Assembly: GCA_963850905.1 (NCBI GenBank) | Contig: CAWKMU010000003.1 | Location: forward strand, 1,632,001-1,696,000 | Length of the DNA stretch: 64,000 bases | Source: an uncultured Gemmatimonadales bacterium | GTDB taxonomy: Bacteria > Gemmatimonadota > Gemmatimonadetes > Gemmatimonadales > Gemmatimonadaceae | Reading direction: 5' to 3' | Part shown: positions 21,883-32,600 of the stretch, in pieces | Layout: each line of letters starts with the position of its first letter | Numbering within the stretch: the first letter of the stretch is position 1 | Made by a program: the position numbers and the translations under genes | Notes under the pieces: model-generated | What the model was told of the DNA's origin: nothing | The model's input: only the letters and a program-made list of their open reading frames with translations | Databases searched by the model: none

Positions 21883-21911
21883 AGTGTAACAACGCGAACT
21901 GATGAGGTCAA
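21883..21911 (-). promoter_or_regulatory. Sigma-70 promoter upstream of the sigma factor gene
   Basis: TTGACC-N17-TACACT with extended -10 TG on the minus strand. Confidence 0.65.
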
Positions 21912-22162
21912 CAGCCAAAACGCGTGCCGCAGCACAGGTCGTCGCCGCAATGGATCTCAATTGGCGAGACTGGTCAGGCGCGCGTGCACCGCACGTTGTG
22001 CGGTGGCGTCCTGGCCGTGTATGGCAGAAGCTGCTGAGCCACAAAGAGCTATGGCTCGGCGACGGGCCCCGTCGGCATGTGACGGCGCGCGCGCCGTCTG
22101 GAGATGAGACCCCGACGCCGCTGCGTGCGCCGCGGGCGGCGGTCCGAGACCGCGGGCGACCT

Positions 22163-23254
22163 TCACGCCAGGGCCGCCGTTACAAAGGAATCGGTGAGCG
22201 GCACCGCCCACCCGCTGTCGGCGCCCGCCATCTCACCCAGTGAACATGGCAGGGCGTACTCTACCACGCCGCTGCGCGCCTTCTTGTCGACGTGGGTACG
22301 CGTGACGATGTCCGACGGTTGCACGGACGCAGGCAGGGAGTCCGGCAAACCGGCCAGGCGAAGCGCCGCGCAGATGGCGTCCGCCACGCCCGCGCGCGCG
22401 ATGGACGCGCGCTCGGCCAGGTGCGACTCGACTGCCATGCCGATCGCGACCGCTTCGCCGTGCAGCAGACCGTACTGTGTCGCCGCCTCGACCGCGTGCC
22501 CGATGGTATGGCCGAAGTTGAGCACCTTGCGCCGGCCGTGCTCGCGTGCGTCACTCGCGACGATCGCGGTCTTGATCGCGATGCTACCGGCGATGAGCGC
22601 CGCCATTTCCGGCGCGGTCGCTCCGCGCGACGACAGACACACCGGCAGGGCGTCCACCGTGCGATCGAAATACGCCGCGTCGGCGACCACGCCATGCTTG
22701 AGCGCCTCGGCGAGCCCGGCGCGCAGGTGCTCTGGCGGCAGCGTACCGAGCACCGTCGGGTCGATGACGACGGCCGCGGGCGGGTGGAACGCCCCGACGA
22801 GATTCTTGCCAGCGGGTGTATCGACGCCGGTCTTGCCGCCGATCGCGGCGTCGATCATGGCGACGAGCGTCGTTGGAACCTGCACGATCGGCACGCCGCG
22901 CATGAACGTCGCTGCCACAAACCCTGCGAGATCTCCGATCACGCCACCGCCGAGCGCGATGACGGTCGTGTCGCGCCCGCACCCCCGCGAGAGCATTGCG
23001 TCGGTGAGCTGCGCCCACGTCTCGCGCGTCTTGGTGGGCTCCCCCGCCGGGACCGTGAGCACGTCGACGCGTGTCGCGCGGAACGATCCGCTCGCGCGTC
23101 CGGCATAGAGCGGTCCCACGCGGTCATCGGTGATGATCACGTACCGATATGCGCCAGCGCGCGCCTGCACGACGTCACCCAGCCGGTCGAGCGCCCCCGG
23201 CGTGGGTGCCGCCACGCCATCGGCCAGGCGGTCGCCGGGCGACGTGAGGCTCAC
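22163..23254 (-). CDS. aroB: 3-dehydroquinate synthase
   Basis: ALGGGVIGDLAGF, GGKTG, KNLVG, LNFGHT, HGEAV. Confidence 0.95.
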   Translation of the reverse strand: MSLTSPGDRLADGVAAPTPGALDRLGDVVQARAGAYRYVIITDDRVGPLYAGRASGSFRATRVDVLTVPAGEPTKTRETWAQLTDAMLSRGCGRDTTVIALGGGVIGDLAGFVAATFMRGVPIVQVPTTLVAMIDAAIGGKTGVDTPAGKNLVGAFHPPAAVVIDPTVLGTLPPEHLRAGLAEALKHGVVADAAYFDRTVDALPVCLSSRGATAPEMAALIAGSIAIKTAIVASDAREHGRRKVLNFGHTIGHAVEAATQYGLLHGEAVAIGMAVESHLAERASIARAGVADAICAALRLAGLPDSLPASVQPSDIVTRTHVDKKARSGVVEYALPCSLGEMAGADSGWAVPLTDSFVTAALA

Positions 23255-23796
23255 CACGTGACCTCGCCGGCCCCCGAACGGCGCGTCGCGACGCGAGCGA
23301 GCACGAATAGGAGGTCCGACAGCCGATTGAGGTAGATCGCGGCGAGTGGCGGGAGCTCGACGGTGTGCGAGAGGTGAACGACCCGGCGCTCTGCCCGCCG
23401 GCACACGGTGCGTGCGATATGCAGGGTCGCCGCCTTCGGGGTGCCTCCGGGCAGGATGAACGCACGCAGCGGCGCCAGCTCGGCCTCACCGGTGTCGATA
23501 TCCTGCTCGAGCTGTGCAATGCGACCATCATCGATCCGCGCCTTCGCCAGCTGCTCGCGCATCTTGACCGGATCGGGCGTCGCCAGGAGCGCACCAATCG
23601 CGAAGAGATCGCGCTGCACCGCGACGAGGATTTCGTCGATGCGCGGATCGGGCTCGATGGCTCGCGCCAGCCCGAGTGTCGCGTTGAGCTCGTCGACGTC
23701 ACCGTACGCCTCGACGCGCGGGTCATCCTTGGCCACACGCCCACCGCCGAAGAGCCCCGTCTGTCCTTCGTCTCCAGTCCGGGTGTAGATGCGCAT
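23251..23796 (-). CDS. PduO-type cob(I)alamin adenosyltransferase
   Basis: IYTRTGD.G.T, RTVCRRAER, YLNRLSD. Confidence 0.93.
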   Translation of the reverse strand: MRIYTRTGDEGQTGLFGGGRVAKDDPRVEAYGDVDELNATLGLARAIEPDPRIDEILVAVQRDLFAIGALLATPDPVKMREQLAKARIDDGRIAQLEQDIDTGEAELAPLRAFILPGGTPKAATLHIARTVCRRAERRVVHLSHTVELPPLAAIYLNRLSDLLFVLARVATRRSGAGEVTW

Positions 23797-23808
23797 GGGG
23801 GGAAACTA

Positions 23809-23928
23809 CTGGGGGTCAGGGTCCAGGGGTCAGGGATTAGGGGGCAAATCGCGAGGCCAGACACGCGCCACGTGCCTGGCCTTGGAGTTGGTTCACTGAC
23901 CCCCGACCCCTGATCCCTGACCCCGCAG
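23809..23928. repeat. Heptamer-armed hairpin element, type A copy 2
   Basis: Same arms and core as 11891-12000, with stem-preserving changes. Confidence 0.85.
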
Positions 23929-23930
23929 TT

Positions 23931-25025
23931 CTAGGCCCTCCGCCCCTTGATCGCCCGCACCAACCACGGCGTGCGGGACTTCACCCTCCCATTGCCGTCG
24001 CTGGGCGACGCGGCCACCACGCGGCGCGCGGATTTCTTCAGGTTCGAGAACGACGTGCGTTCGGCCGTGTGTTGCGTCAGAGGCTCATAGGTGGCGGGGA
24101 AGAGCTTCGCGAGATGCTCGTGCAGAAGATCGGGCGAGGGTACGACGTCTTGCGCGGCGCACCACACGTCCAGGTCGTGGCCCATGGCGGCCGCCGTCGG
24201 ACGCTGTGCGGGATCCTTGCTGAGGGCAACGGAGATGATGTGCTCCAGCGCGGGGTCGATCCCCGGGATGCGCTTGCGAATGTTGGGCGTCGGAAGCACG
24301 GCAACCTCGTCGATCGCCAGCTTGGTCACATCCTCGTGAAACAGCGGCTCGAGGGACAGGAGCTCGTACAGCACGAGGCCCATGGCAAACACATCGCTGC
24401 GCGCGTCGACGCTGAGACCGAGAATCTGCTCGGGGCTCATGTAGTGCTTCTTCCCCATCAGCACTTGACGACCCGCGGCAGGGTCGATCGACGTGCGTGC
24501 CTTGGCGATCCCGAAATCCGCGAGTTTGATGTGCCCGTCCCACGACGCCATGATGTTGCCGGGCGAGACATCGCGGTGCACGATGTCGAGGCGGCGCTTG
24601 TCCGGGCCAACGAAGTTGTGGGCGAAATCGAGCGCACGGCAGACGCGGCTCGCGACGTAGGCGGCGAGCGGGAGCGGAATGCGCTGGCCCAGCTCCCAGT
24701 GACGGTCGATGACCGACCGGAGCGTCGGCCCCTGGATGAACTCCATGGCGATGAAGTACTCGCCCGCGACCTCGCCGAGCTGATAGATCTGCACGATGTT
24801 GCCGTGCATCAGGTTCGCCGACAGCTTGGCTTCGTCGATGAACAGCTGCAGCCACTGCTGCTGCTTCGCGTATTGCGGATGAATGACCTTCAACGCAGTC
24901 CGCTTCGCGAAGCCTGCCGGGCCAAGTTGTTCGGCCTCGTAGACCGTGGCCATGCCGCCGATCGCGATCCGCCGCACGAGCCGAAACTGGCCCACGTACT
25001 CGAGATACCGCTCGCCGTCGCTCAT
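23931..25025 (-). CDS. Cytoplasmic Hanks-type Ser/Thr protein kinase
   Basis: GGMATVY, ALK, HRDVSPGN, DFG, YMSPEQ; no TM segment seen. Confidence 0.93.
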   Translation of the reverse strand: MSDGERYLEYVGQFRLVRRIAIGGMATVYEAEQLGPAGFAKRTALKVIHPQYAKQQQWLQLFIDEAKLSANLMHGNIVQIYQLGEVAGEYFIAMEFIQGPTLRSVIDRHWELGQRIPLPLAAYVASRVCRALDFAHNFVGPDKRRLDIVHRDVSPGNIMASWDGHIKLADFGIAKARTSIDPAAGRQVLMGKKHYMSPEQILGLSVDARSDVFAMGLVLYELLSLEPLFHEDVTKLAIDEVAVLPTPNIRKRIPGIDPALEHIISVALSKDPAQRPTAAAMGHDLDVWCAAQDVVPSPDLLHEHLAKLFPATYEPLTQHTAERTSFSNLKKSARRVVAASPSDGNGRVKSRTPWLVRAIKGRRA

Positions 25026-25081
25026 GATCGTGGGACCGCGATCACCTTGCCGGTGGGTGCGGGGTCGCCGATGTTTCGCAC

Positions 25082-26182
25082 ATGAGCGAAGTGCCCCACG
25101 CGCCGCCGCAGGGCGGGGCGCAGACACAACATGATCTGGTCGATATCACGATCATCGGCGCTGGTCCAACCGGGCTGTTTGGGTTGTTCTACGCGGGGAT
25201 GCGGGGCGCGACGGCCCGGATCGTCGACGCCTTGCCGCAAGCAGGTGGACAACTCACGGCGCTGTACCCCGAGAAGTACATCTTCGACGTCGCAGGTCTT
25301 CCGAAGGTCCTCGCGAAGGATCTCGTACGCTCGCTGACCGACCAGGCGCGCCAGTTCGGCCACCAGATCGTGTTGAACCAGCGCATACACGGCCTCGAAC
25401 AAGACGGCGCGGTCCTCACGCTCGTCACGGAGACCGACCGCTTTCCGTCGCGCGCCATCGTGATCGCCGCCGGCATCGGCGCGTTTTCGCCGCGACGGCT
25501 GCCGCAGTCGTGCGCGCAGCCCTGGTACGGGCGGGGCATTGACGATGTCGTGACGGACCCGAACGAGTTTCGCGGGCGGCGTGTCGTCATCATCGGCGGG
25601 GGTGATTCGGCGTTCGACTGGGCGCAGCAGCTCGCGGACCGCGCGGCGTTCGTCACCTTGATGCACCGCAGCGATCGGTTTCGCGCCCACGCGGCCACCG
25701 TCCGTGATGTCGAGCGTGCCGTGACCGCCGGCCGTGCGGAGATTCTGACGTTTCACGAGCTGCACGACGTCCTGGTTGCCAACGGCGCGTCCGGTCAGGA
25801 GAGCGGCGTTGATGCCTTCGGCGACGGCCGGCTGTCGGGGGTCATCGTTCGCGATACGAAACGGAAGACGACGCGTGAGCTGCCGGCCGACGCCGTCCTG
25901 CCGATGCTGGGGTTCGTGAGTGACCTCGGTCCCCTGGCGGATTGGGGCCTGACGCTGACCAACGACGAGATTGTCGTGTCGAGCACAATGGAAACCGGCC
26001 GGCCCGGCCTCTACGCGGCCGGAGACATCGTCACCTATCCCGGAAAACTCAAGTTGATCGCCACCGGCTTCGGCGAAGCCGCTATCGCCGTCAACCAGGC
26101 CGTCCACTGGATCTACCCGGAGAAAAAGGTTGCTCCGGGCCACAGCTCCAACATGGCCCTCTTTGGCCAGACCGATGACTGA
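25082..26182 (+). CDS. Ferredoxin--NADP+ reductase (TrxB-like, YumC type)
   Basis: GAGPTG, GGQLTALYPEKYIFDV, GGGDSA, YPGKLKLIATG, GHSS; no CxxC. Confidence 0.9.
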   Translation: MSEVPHAPPQGGAQTQHDLVDITIIGAGPTGLFGLFYAGMRGATARIVDALPQAGGQLTALYPEKYIFDVAGLPKVLAKDLVRSLTDQARQFGHQIVLNQRIHGLEQDGAVLTLVTETDRFPSRAIVIAAGIGAFSPRRLPQSCAQPWYGRGIDDVVTDPNEFRGRRVVIIGGGDSAFDWAQQLADRAAFVTLMHRSDRFRAHAATVRDVERAVTAGRAEILTFHELHDVLVANGASGQESGVDAFGDGRLSGVIVRDTKRKTTRELPADAVLPMLGFVSDLGPLADWGLTLTNDEIVVSSTMETGRPGLYAAGDIVTYPGKLKLIATGFGEAAIAVNQAVHWIYPEKKVAPGHSSNMALFGQTDD

Positions 26183-26344
26183 GCAGATGCAGGCCACGGG
26201 ATGCTCGCATTCGCCGTGTCTCCTTTCACCTTTCGCCTCTCTCCTTTCTACGGACGCGAAGCGTCCGTCGCCCCCGGTTGACGCATCTCGTGTCGCGCGA
26301 GAACTTTACGCTCCACTCTTCGCTCCAGAATTGCCGCGCAAATC

Positions 26345-27265
26345 GTGAGTTACATTCTGTACGCTGACGACCATGAGGACATGCGACTCATGGTGCGCGC
26401 CGTGCTGTCTTCGGCCGGACACGAAGTGGGGCTCGTCTCCGATGGTCGCGCCGCTCTGGCGGCCGTCCAGGAGCGCGAGCCCGACCTCCTGCTGCTCGAC
26501 GTCATGATGCCGGGAGTGAGCGGCCTTGATACCTGTCGGACGGTGAAGGCCAATCCCTTCACCGCCCGCATCCCGATCCTGATGCTCACGGGGGAGAGCC
26601 ACATCGACCGCAAGGTCGAGGGGTTCGAGGCGGGAGCCGATGACTATCTCGCCAAGCCATTCGACCCGCGGGAACTGCGTGCTCGCGTCAATGCGCTGCT
26701 TCGACTGGTGCGGCGGGAGGCCGACCGCAATCCCACCAGTGGCCTCCCGGGCGGACGGGCGATCGAGGAGGAGATTCTGCGGCGGGTGGCGGCCGAAGAA
26801 GCCTGCGCGGTGTGCTACCTGGACATCGACTACTTCAAGCCGTTCGCCGACACGTTCGGGTTTGCTGCTGCCGACGCGGTGATCCGAGGGACCGGCGCCG
26901 CGGTGGTGGATGCAGTTGCCGCTGCCGGAGACGCCAACGACTTCGTCGGCCATGTGGGCGGCGATGACTTTCTCGTCGTGACTCACACCGACCGGGCCGA
27001 AGCGGTCGTCCGCGAGAGTGCTCGTCGGTTCCGTGAGGTCATCGGCCGCGTGGTTGGATATGGCGCGCTGGAACGCGGGGCCTTCGACGGGGTCGATCGG
27101 GATGGCGTACCGCGTCATTTCCCGATTGCGCGGATGTCCGCTGCGGCCCTCTTCGTTCGTCCGGATTCGTGGATCTCCATCGGGCACTTGGGCGAACTGG
27201 CGGCCGAAGGGAAACGGCGCGCCAAGCAGCAGGGCGCAGGGACGATTCTCGTCAACGCCGTGTAG
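26345..27265 (+). CDS. Response regulator with diguanylate cyclase (GGDDF) domain
   Basis: REC domain (LLDVMMPG, KPF); NPTSGLPG, DIDYFK, GGDDF. Confidence 0.9.
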   Translation: MSYILYADDHEDMRLMVRAVLSSAGHEVGLVSDGRAALAAVQEREPDLLLLDVMMPGVSGLDTCRTVKANPFTARIPILMLTGESHIDRKVEGFEAGADDYLAKPFDPRELRARVNALLRLVRREADRNPTSGLPGGRAIEEEILRRVAAEEACAVCYLDIDYFKPFADTFGFAAADAVIRGTGAAVVDAVAAAGDANDFVGHVGGDDFLVVTHTDRAEAVVRESARRFREVIGRVVGYGALERGAFDGVDRDGVPRHFPIARMSAAALFVRPDSWISIGHLGELAAEGKRRAKQQGAGTILVNAV

Positions 27266-27271
27266 GCCGGC

Positions 27272-29639
27272 GTGCGACGCCCTAGTCCGCTGGGCGTGGA
27301 GATCCCATGTACGCGGCCTGAGCACCGGGCAAGCCCTGGGATACGGCCCCCAAGGCGCGCCTGCAACCGTGCTGGCTTCACGGTGCTCGCGTGTCTCGTT
27401 CTCGCGGTGCCGTCGCTGGTGAGCGCTCAGGAGCTCGCATGCGGCCCCGGAGACACCGAGGTCCGGCGCCTCATCTTCACGGGGAACAAGGCCTTTGAGG
27501 CCAGCCAGCTAGCGGACGCGATCGTGACGTCGCCGTCGAGTTGGATGGAGCGGAACCTCGGTTTCCTCGGTACCCGCCGGTGTCTCGATCGCGTTGAGTT
27601 TCCGCGGGATCGCCTGCGCCTGATCCTGTTCTACCGCAACAGCGGATTCCCCGACGTTCAGGTGGACACGACACTCCGGCCCGTGCGACCCGGAGTCGTC
27701 GATGTCGTCTTTGGGATTCACGAAGGGAAACCGATCCTGATCGATTCCCTGACTGTTGTCGGGCTCGACTCGTTGCCCCTTAAGGATCGAGGGCGCATTC
27801 GAGCACAATCTGCCAGTTCGCCGGGGCAGCCGCTTCGACAAGTACGCCATCGACGCCACCGTCGACACTTTGACAACGCGGCTGCGCAACAGCGGCTTCC
27901 CGTATGCGGAGGTGTTGAAGCGCGACTCGAGCAATTACGAAACGCACTCCGCAATGGTGCAGTTCGAGCTCGCGCCGGGCACTCGCGCGCGCATTGGTCG
28001 TGTGCTCGTAACGGTCTTTCCGCGCCGGGCCGGCGAGAAGCCCGGCGTGTCAGCCGGGGCAGTGGAAAGTGCCATGGGGATCAAGACGGGACACCTGTAT
28101 CGGTACAAGGACCTCGAGGCGGCACAACGGGCGCTGATTCAGACGGATGCCTTTCAGCACATTCGTGTCGCCATTGACAGCCAGCCGCCGCCGGGCAGCG
28201 TCGACTCGGTCGTCGACGTGCATGCCCAGGTCGTGGAAGGCTACATGCACGCCGCTCGCCTCGGCGGGGGGTGGGCAACCTTGGACTGCTTCCGCGCTCG
28301 CGGTGAGTACACCGACCGGGATTTTTTTGGGGGGCTCGACTTCGTGCGATTCAGCGCGAGCGTGACGAAAATCGGAATCGGCTATCCGTTTGGGTTCGCG
28401 CCCGGACTGTGTCCACAGGCCCGCAACGATATCTACAGCGACACACTCAACTACAGCCTGGCGGCGTCCATCGCTTCGCCAGTGCTGTTCGGCGCGCATC
28501 TCAACCCGACAGCGACGCTGTTCAGCTCGCGGTTGTCGGAGTACAACGCCTACGTGCGGTCGACGCCGATCGGGACGTCTCTGACGCTGACAAAGAGTCT
28601 CAGCCAGACGGTGTCGGTGCAACCGGAATATGAGTTCGAGTACGGGCGGACGACTGCGGAGCCCGCGCTGTACTGCGCCGTGTTCAACCTCTGCCAGCCA
28701 CAGGATTACACCCCGCTGCAAGACCTCCTGCCCTTCGCATATGCGGGCGTCATCGTGGTGCACGATCGCCGCGATAACCGCGACGACCCGCATTCGGGGA
28801 CATTGGTCCAGTCCGAGGTGCGGATAGGGTCCAGGTATTTGGGTTCCTCTCCCGAGCTGGAGTTCGACTGGGCGTCCGTCGATGCTGCCGGGTTCGTCGG
28901 GATGCCGAGCGGAGCGGTGCTTGGTCTCCGGCTCAGAGTCGGCGCCGTTGTCAGCCAGAGCAGCACCGATCCCGGCTTTATCCCTCCGCAGGAGCGCCTC
29001 TACGCGGGTGGCCCGACAACGGTGCGGGGCTTTGTGCAAAACCAGCTGGGTCCGCTCGTGTACATCCCCAACTCATCGACCGACACGCTGCCGCGCATGG
29101 TCCTGTCCAATGGCGACACCGTCTACCGCGTGAAGCCCGGCCCGCTGGGCGAACGGATCGTCCCCGAGGGCGGCAACTGGTCGATCGTCACCAATATCGA
29201 GTATCGATCGCCCCGATTCCTCCACGGCGTGCTCCAGTGGGCTGCATTCGTGGATGCCGGCCAGGTGTGGAACGGGAACGTGACCGATATTCACGGAGGG
29301 CTGTACTGGACGCCGGGCGTTGGCATTCGCGCGTTTACTCCGGTCGGGCCCATTCGGGTCGATATCGGGTACAACCCGTATGCACTGCCGACCGGCGCGG
29401 CCTACTTCAACGCCCCTGCCACGCCGCCTCTCGGCGTGCCCAACCACGTGCCCCTATACTGTGTGAGCCCCGACAACACGATCCCGGTCCATACCAGCTC
29501 GATCGTCTATCAAGGAACGGCTTATGAGATCCCCGAACAAACGCCGGGGTTTACGTGCCCCTCGACGTATCGGCCGGAGCAACCGACGGGTCTCTTTCAT
29601 CGGCTGGTCTTTAACATCTCCATCGGGCAAGCCTTCTAA
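27272..29639 (+). CDS. BamA/TamA family outer membrane protein, frameshifted near 27800
   Basis: POTRA-like segments, YAGGPTTVRGF, TPVGPIRVD, C-terminal IGQAF. Confidence 0.88.
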
Positions 29640-29645
29640 CCACGC

Positions 29646-32600
29646 ATGATCCGACGCCGACTTGTCGTCGCCTTCAGCACCCTGCTGCTGTTGCTCGTGG
29701 CGCTCGTCGGCGTCGCGGGTGTGATCGCCATCACACAGACGTCGTGGGGACGGGCCAAGGTCCGGTCATTGGTGCTGGCCGAACTGCGGCGCGCACTGCA
29801 CGGCCGTGTCTATATCGGCACCCTGTCCGGCACGTTGTTCACGAACCTGACTCTGGACTCGCTGGAGATCAGGGATCCATCAGGTCAGGTCATGGTCGCG
29901 ACCGGGCGTATTCACGCCGAGTACGACCCGCGGGACCTGCTCGACCGCCGCATTCGCCTGCAGGATCTCGAGGTTGATCGGCCGTATTTCCGGCTGGTCC
30001 ATCACCACGATGGCACGATGAACCTGAGCCAGGTCTTCCCGCCGTCGCGGTCCAGGATCCGGGAGCCGGGCACGCGGGGATTTGGCGACTACATCGTTGC
30101 GAACAATGTCAGCATTCGCGGAGGGGCGTTCTACTTCAGCGAGCGCTGGTCTCCGGACGACTCCATCCACGGCGCGCGGCGCGACAGTGCGATCGCCGAA
30201 GCGCTTGCACGGCCCTACTTCGGCCTCGAGCGATGGCCCGAAGGCCTGATGCGTACGCTGTCGTGGAAGGGCGTAAACCTCGAGTCTCCGTATCTCCGGT
30301 TTGTCGATCCCGACAGCGCGGGCATGGCGTTTGAGCTCGCACGCCTCGACGCAGACGAGTTCTTTCCGCCGTTTCGCATTACGAATGCGCGCGGACGGGT
30401 CAGCATCGCGCACGATACGCTGCGAGGGGTGCTCCCTCACGCCGAGTTGCCGGGTAGCGTGGTGGCCGGTGGAGGGAAAGTCTGGTGGGATCCCGGGCGT
30501 CCGCCGGTGTATGCGCTCCATTTCGCCAGTGATTCGATCGCGCTCAGTGACATCGCGTGGGTCAACCCTGCACTGCCCCGGACAGGCGGCGGCCGGGCTG
30601 TCGTCGACATTCGCAGCGAGCGGACCAACCCGAGCATCGTCGACTTCATCATCAGCGATATGGATGTGCGGACGACCGACTCGCGAGTGAAGGGCGACAT
30701 GACGTTCGAGTCCGGGCGACCGGAGTTGGTGATCAAGAACGTCGCGCTCGAGACGTTGCCCGTCGACTTTGCGTTGATTCGCGTCTTTGCGGGTGGTCAA
30801 CCATTCCCGATCGATTGGGCGGGCCAATGGACGGGTCACGTGCGAGGTCCTGGAGGGCCGGTGTCCCGCTGGCGCGTCGATAGCGCCGACCTCACACTGC
30901 ACGATGCCCATGTGGCGGGCGCGGTGTCGCGCCTCGGTGGCTCAGGCGAGTTGGACATCGCCAATCCGGCCGTGCTGGCGTTCCACCACTTTCACCTGTC
31001 GCTCGATCGCCTGGACCTCCGGACGCTCCAGTATGTCCTGACGGAGTTCCCGCGCCTTCGCGGAATCGTGTCCGGCACGGCGACGCTCGATTCAGTATGG
31101 AACGACGTCCGATTCACCGACGCGGATGTGACGCTCACCGATGGCGACGCCGTGCCGAATCACGTGACTGGTGCGGGTCGGTTCACGCTGGGCGACACGG
31201 AGTCGCGGTACGACATGGCGCTCGAGGCGGGTCCCATCTCGTTTACCACGCTCGCTCGCACGTACACCGAACTGCCCCTCCGCGGGGAGTTCTCGGGTCC
31301 TGTGACGCTGCAGGGCACGCTCGGCGATCTCGATCTCACTGCTGATCTCGGTGGCCCGCCCGGAGCGTTCGCCCTCGACGGGCACTTCGATCTCACTCGG
31401 CCCGGTCTGTCGGGATCCGCCGCGCTGACCCTGTCGCACGTTGACTTCCAGTCGCTTCTCGCGGACAGCGCGCAGGCGCAGACCGATCTCTCCGGACGCG
31501 TCGACCTGGATGTGAAAGGCGATTCCCTGTCGGCGCTCGACGGTCCGATCAGCGCGACATTGGCGCGGTCGACAATTGGAAGCGTCCGCCTCGACACCGG
31601 TCGCTTCGTTGGGCGGTTCGGTGATGAGCGCCTGCGCGTCGACTCGCTCAGCGTGGACACCAGGCCTGGCGCCCTCACTGGTGCGGGAGGCTTGGCACTC
31701 GCAGCGTCGGCCCCGGACTCGCTACATCTCGCGTTTTCAACCGACTCGCTGGGTGGTCTCCGTTCGTATCTCATCGGCTCGTCGACCGACTCGGGTGAAC
31801 ATTCGCCGCTAACCGGCGCGTTGCGCCTGTCGGCGGTCGTCACCGGCTGGCTCGACTCGCTGGGGGTGTCGGGTACCGTCGGGGGCAGTGGCGTCCAGGC
31901 GAGCGGTGTGGTGGTCCGTGGACTGTCGGGCACCTTCAACGTCCCACATGTGAGCGGCCAAATGCCTCTCGGGACGGCGAATCTCGCCTTGGACGGGGCG
32001 AGCGTTGACGGCATTGCACTCGACCGGATCGATGTTCAGACGCGGTTCCTGGGTACGGGGTCGACCACTGTCGCCATCTCCGGAGCGATGCCCACTGGTC
32101 CGCATGCCGCGGCGCTGGCGGAGATCCATCAGTCCGCGGATACGCTCGCGCTGACGCTCGACTCGCTCGCAGTGTACACGCACAACAACGCCTGGCATCT
32201 GGCCGGGCCGGCGCATTTCCGTCACGACGCAACCGGCCTGGCGCTCGACAATATGACCCTCCGCGGGGCCGTCGTGGGGACAATGACGGCGACGGCATCG
32301 CTGCCCTGGAACGGCTCGGGAGCAGCTGAGCTCCGGGGCGACAGCGTGCCCATCGAAGACATTGGTGAGATCCTGCAGACGTCGAACTCGTACGGTGGGC
32401 TGGCGCAGTGGGACGTGCGCATGGCGGGAGAGCGCGCGAATCCGGTGATGGACCTTCAGGCGTCGGTCAACGACGCGTCGCTCGGCGACGTGCATCTCGA
32501 GCAGACGTTGCTGCGCGGCCATTACTCGAGTCGTCGCTTGTTGCTGCACGGAGACCTGGTGCAGAGCGGCGACACCACGCTGCACGGTGAGGTCTCGGTG

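Noticed and set aside
21912..22162. ncRNA or tRNA in the aroB-sigma intergenic region
   Set aside because: Only a short hairpin (GAGCCA...TGGCTC, ~22036-22057) is visible, with no recognisable RNA family motif.
26214..26250. Single pyrimidine-rich heptamer run (CCTTTCA/CCTTTCG/CCTCTCT/CCTTTCT)
   Set aside because: No inverted partner arm or cargo is evident; it may be a relic but cannot be supported as an element.
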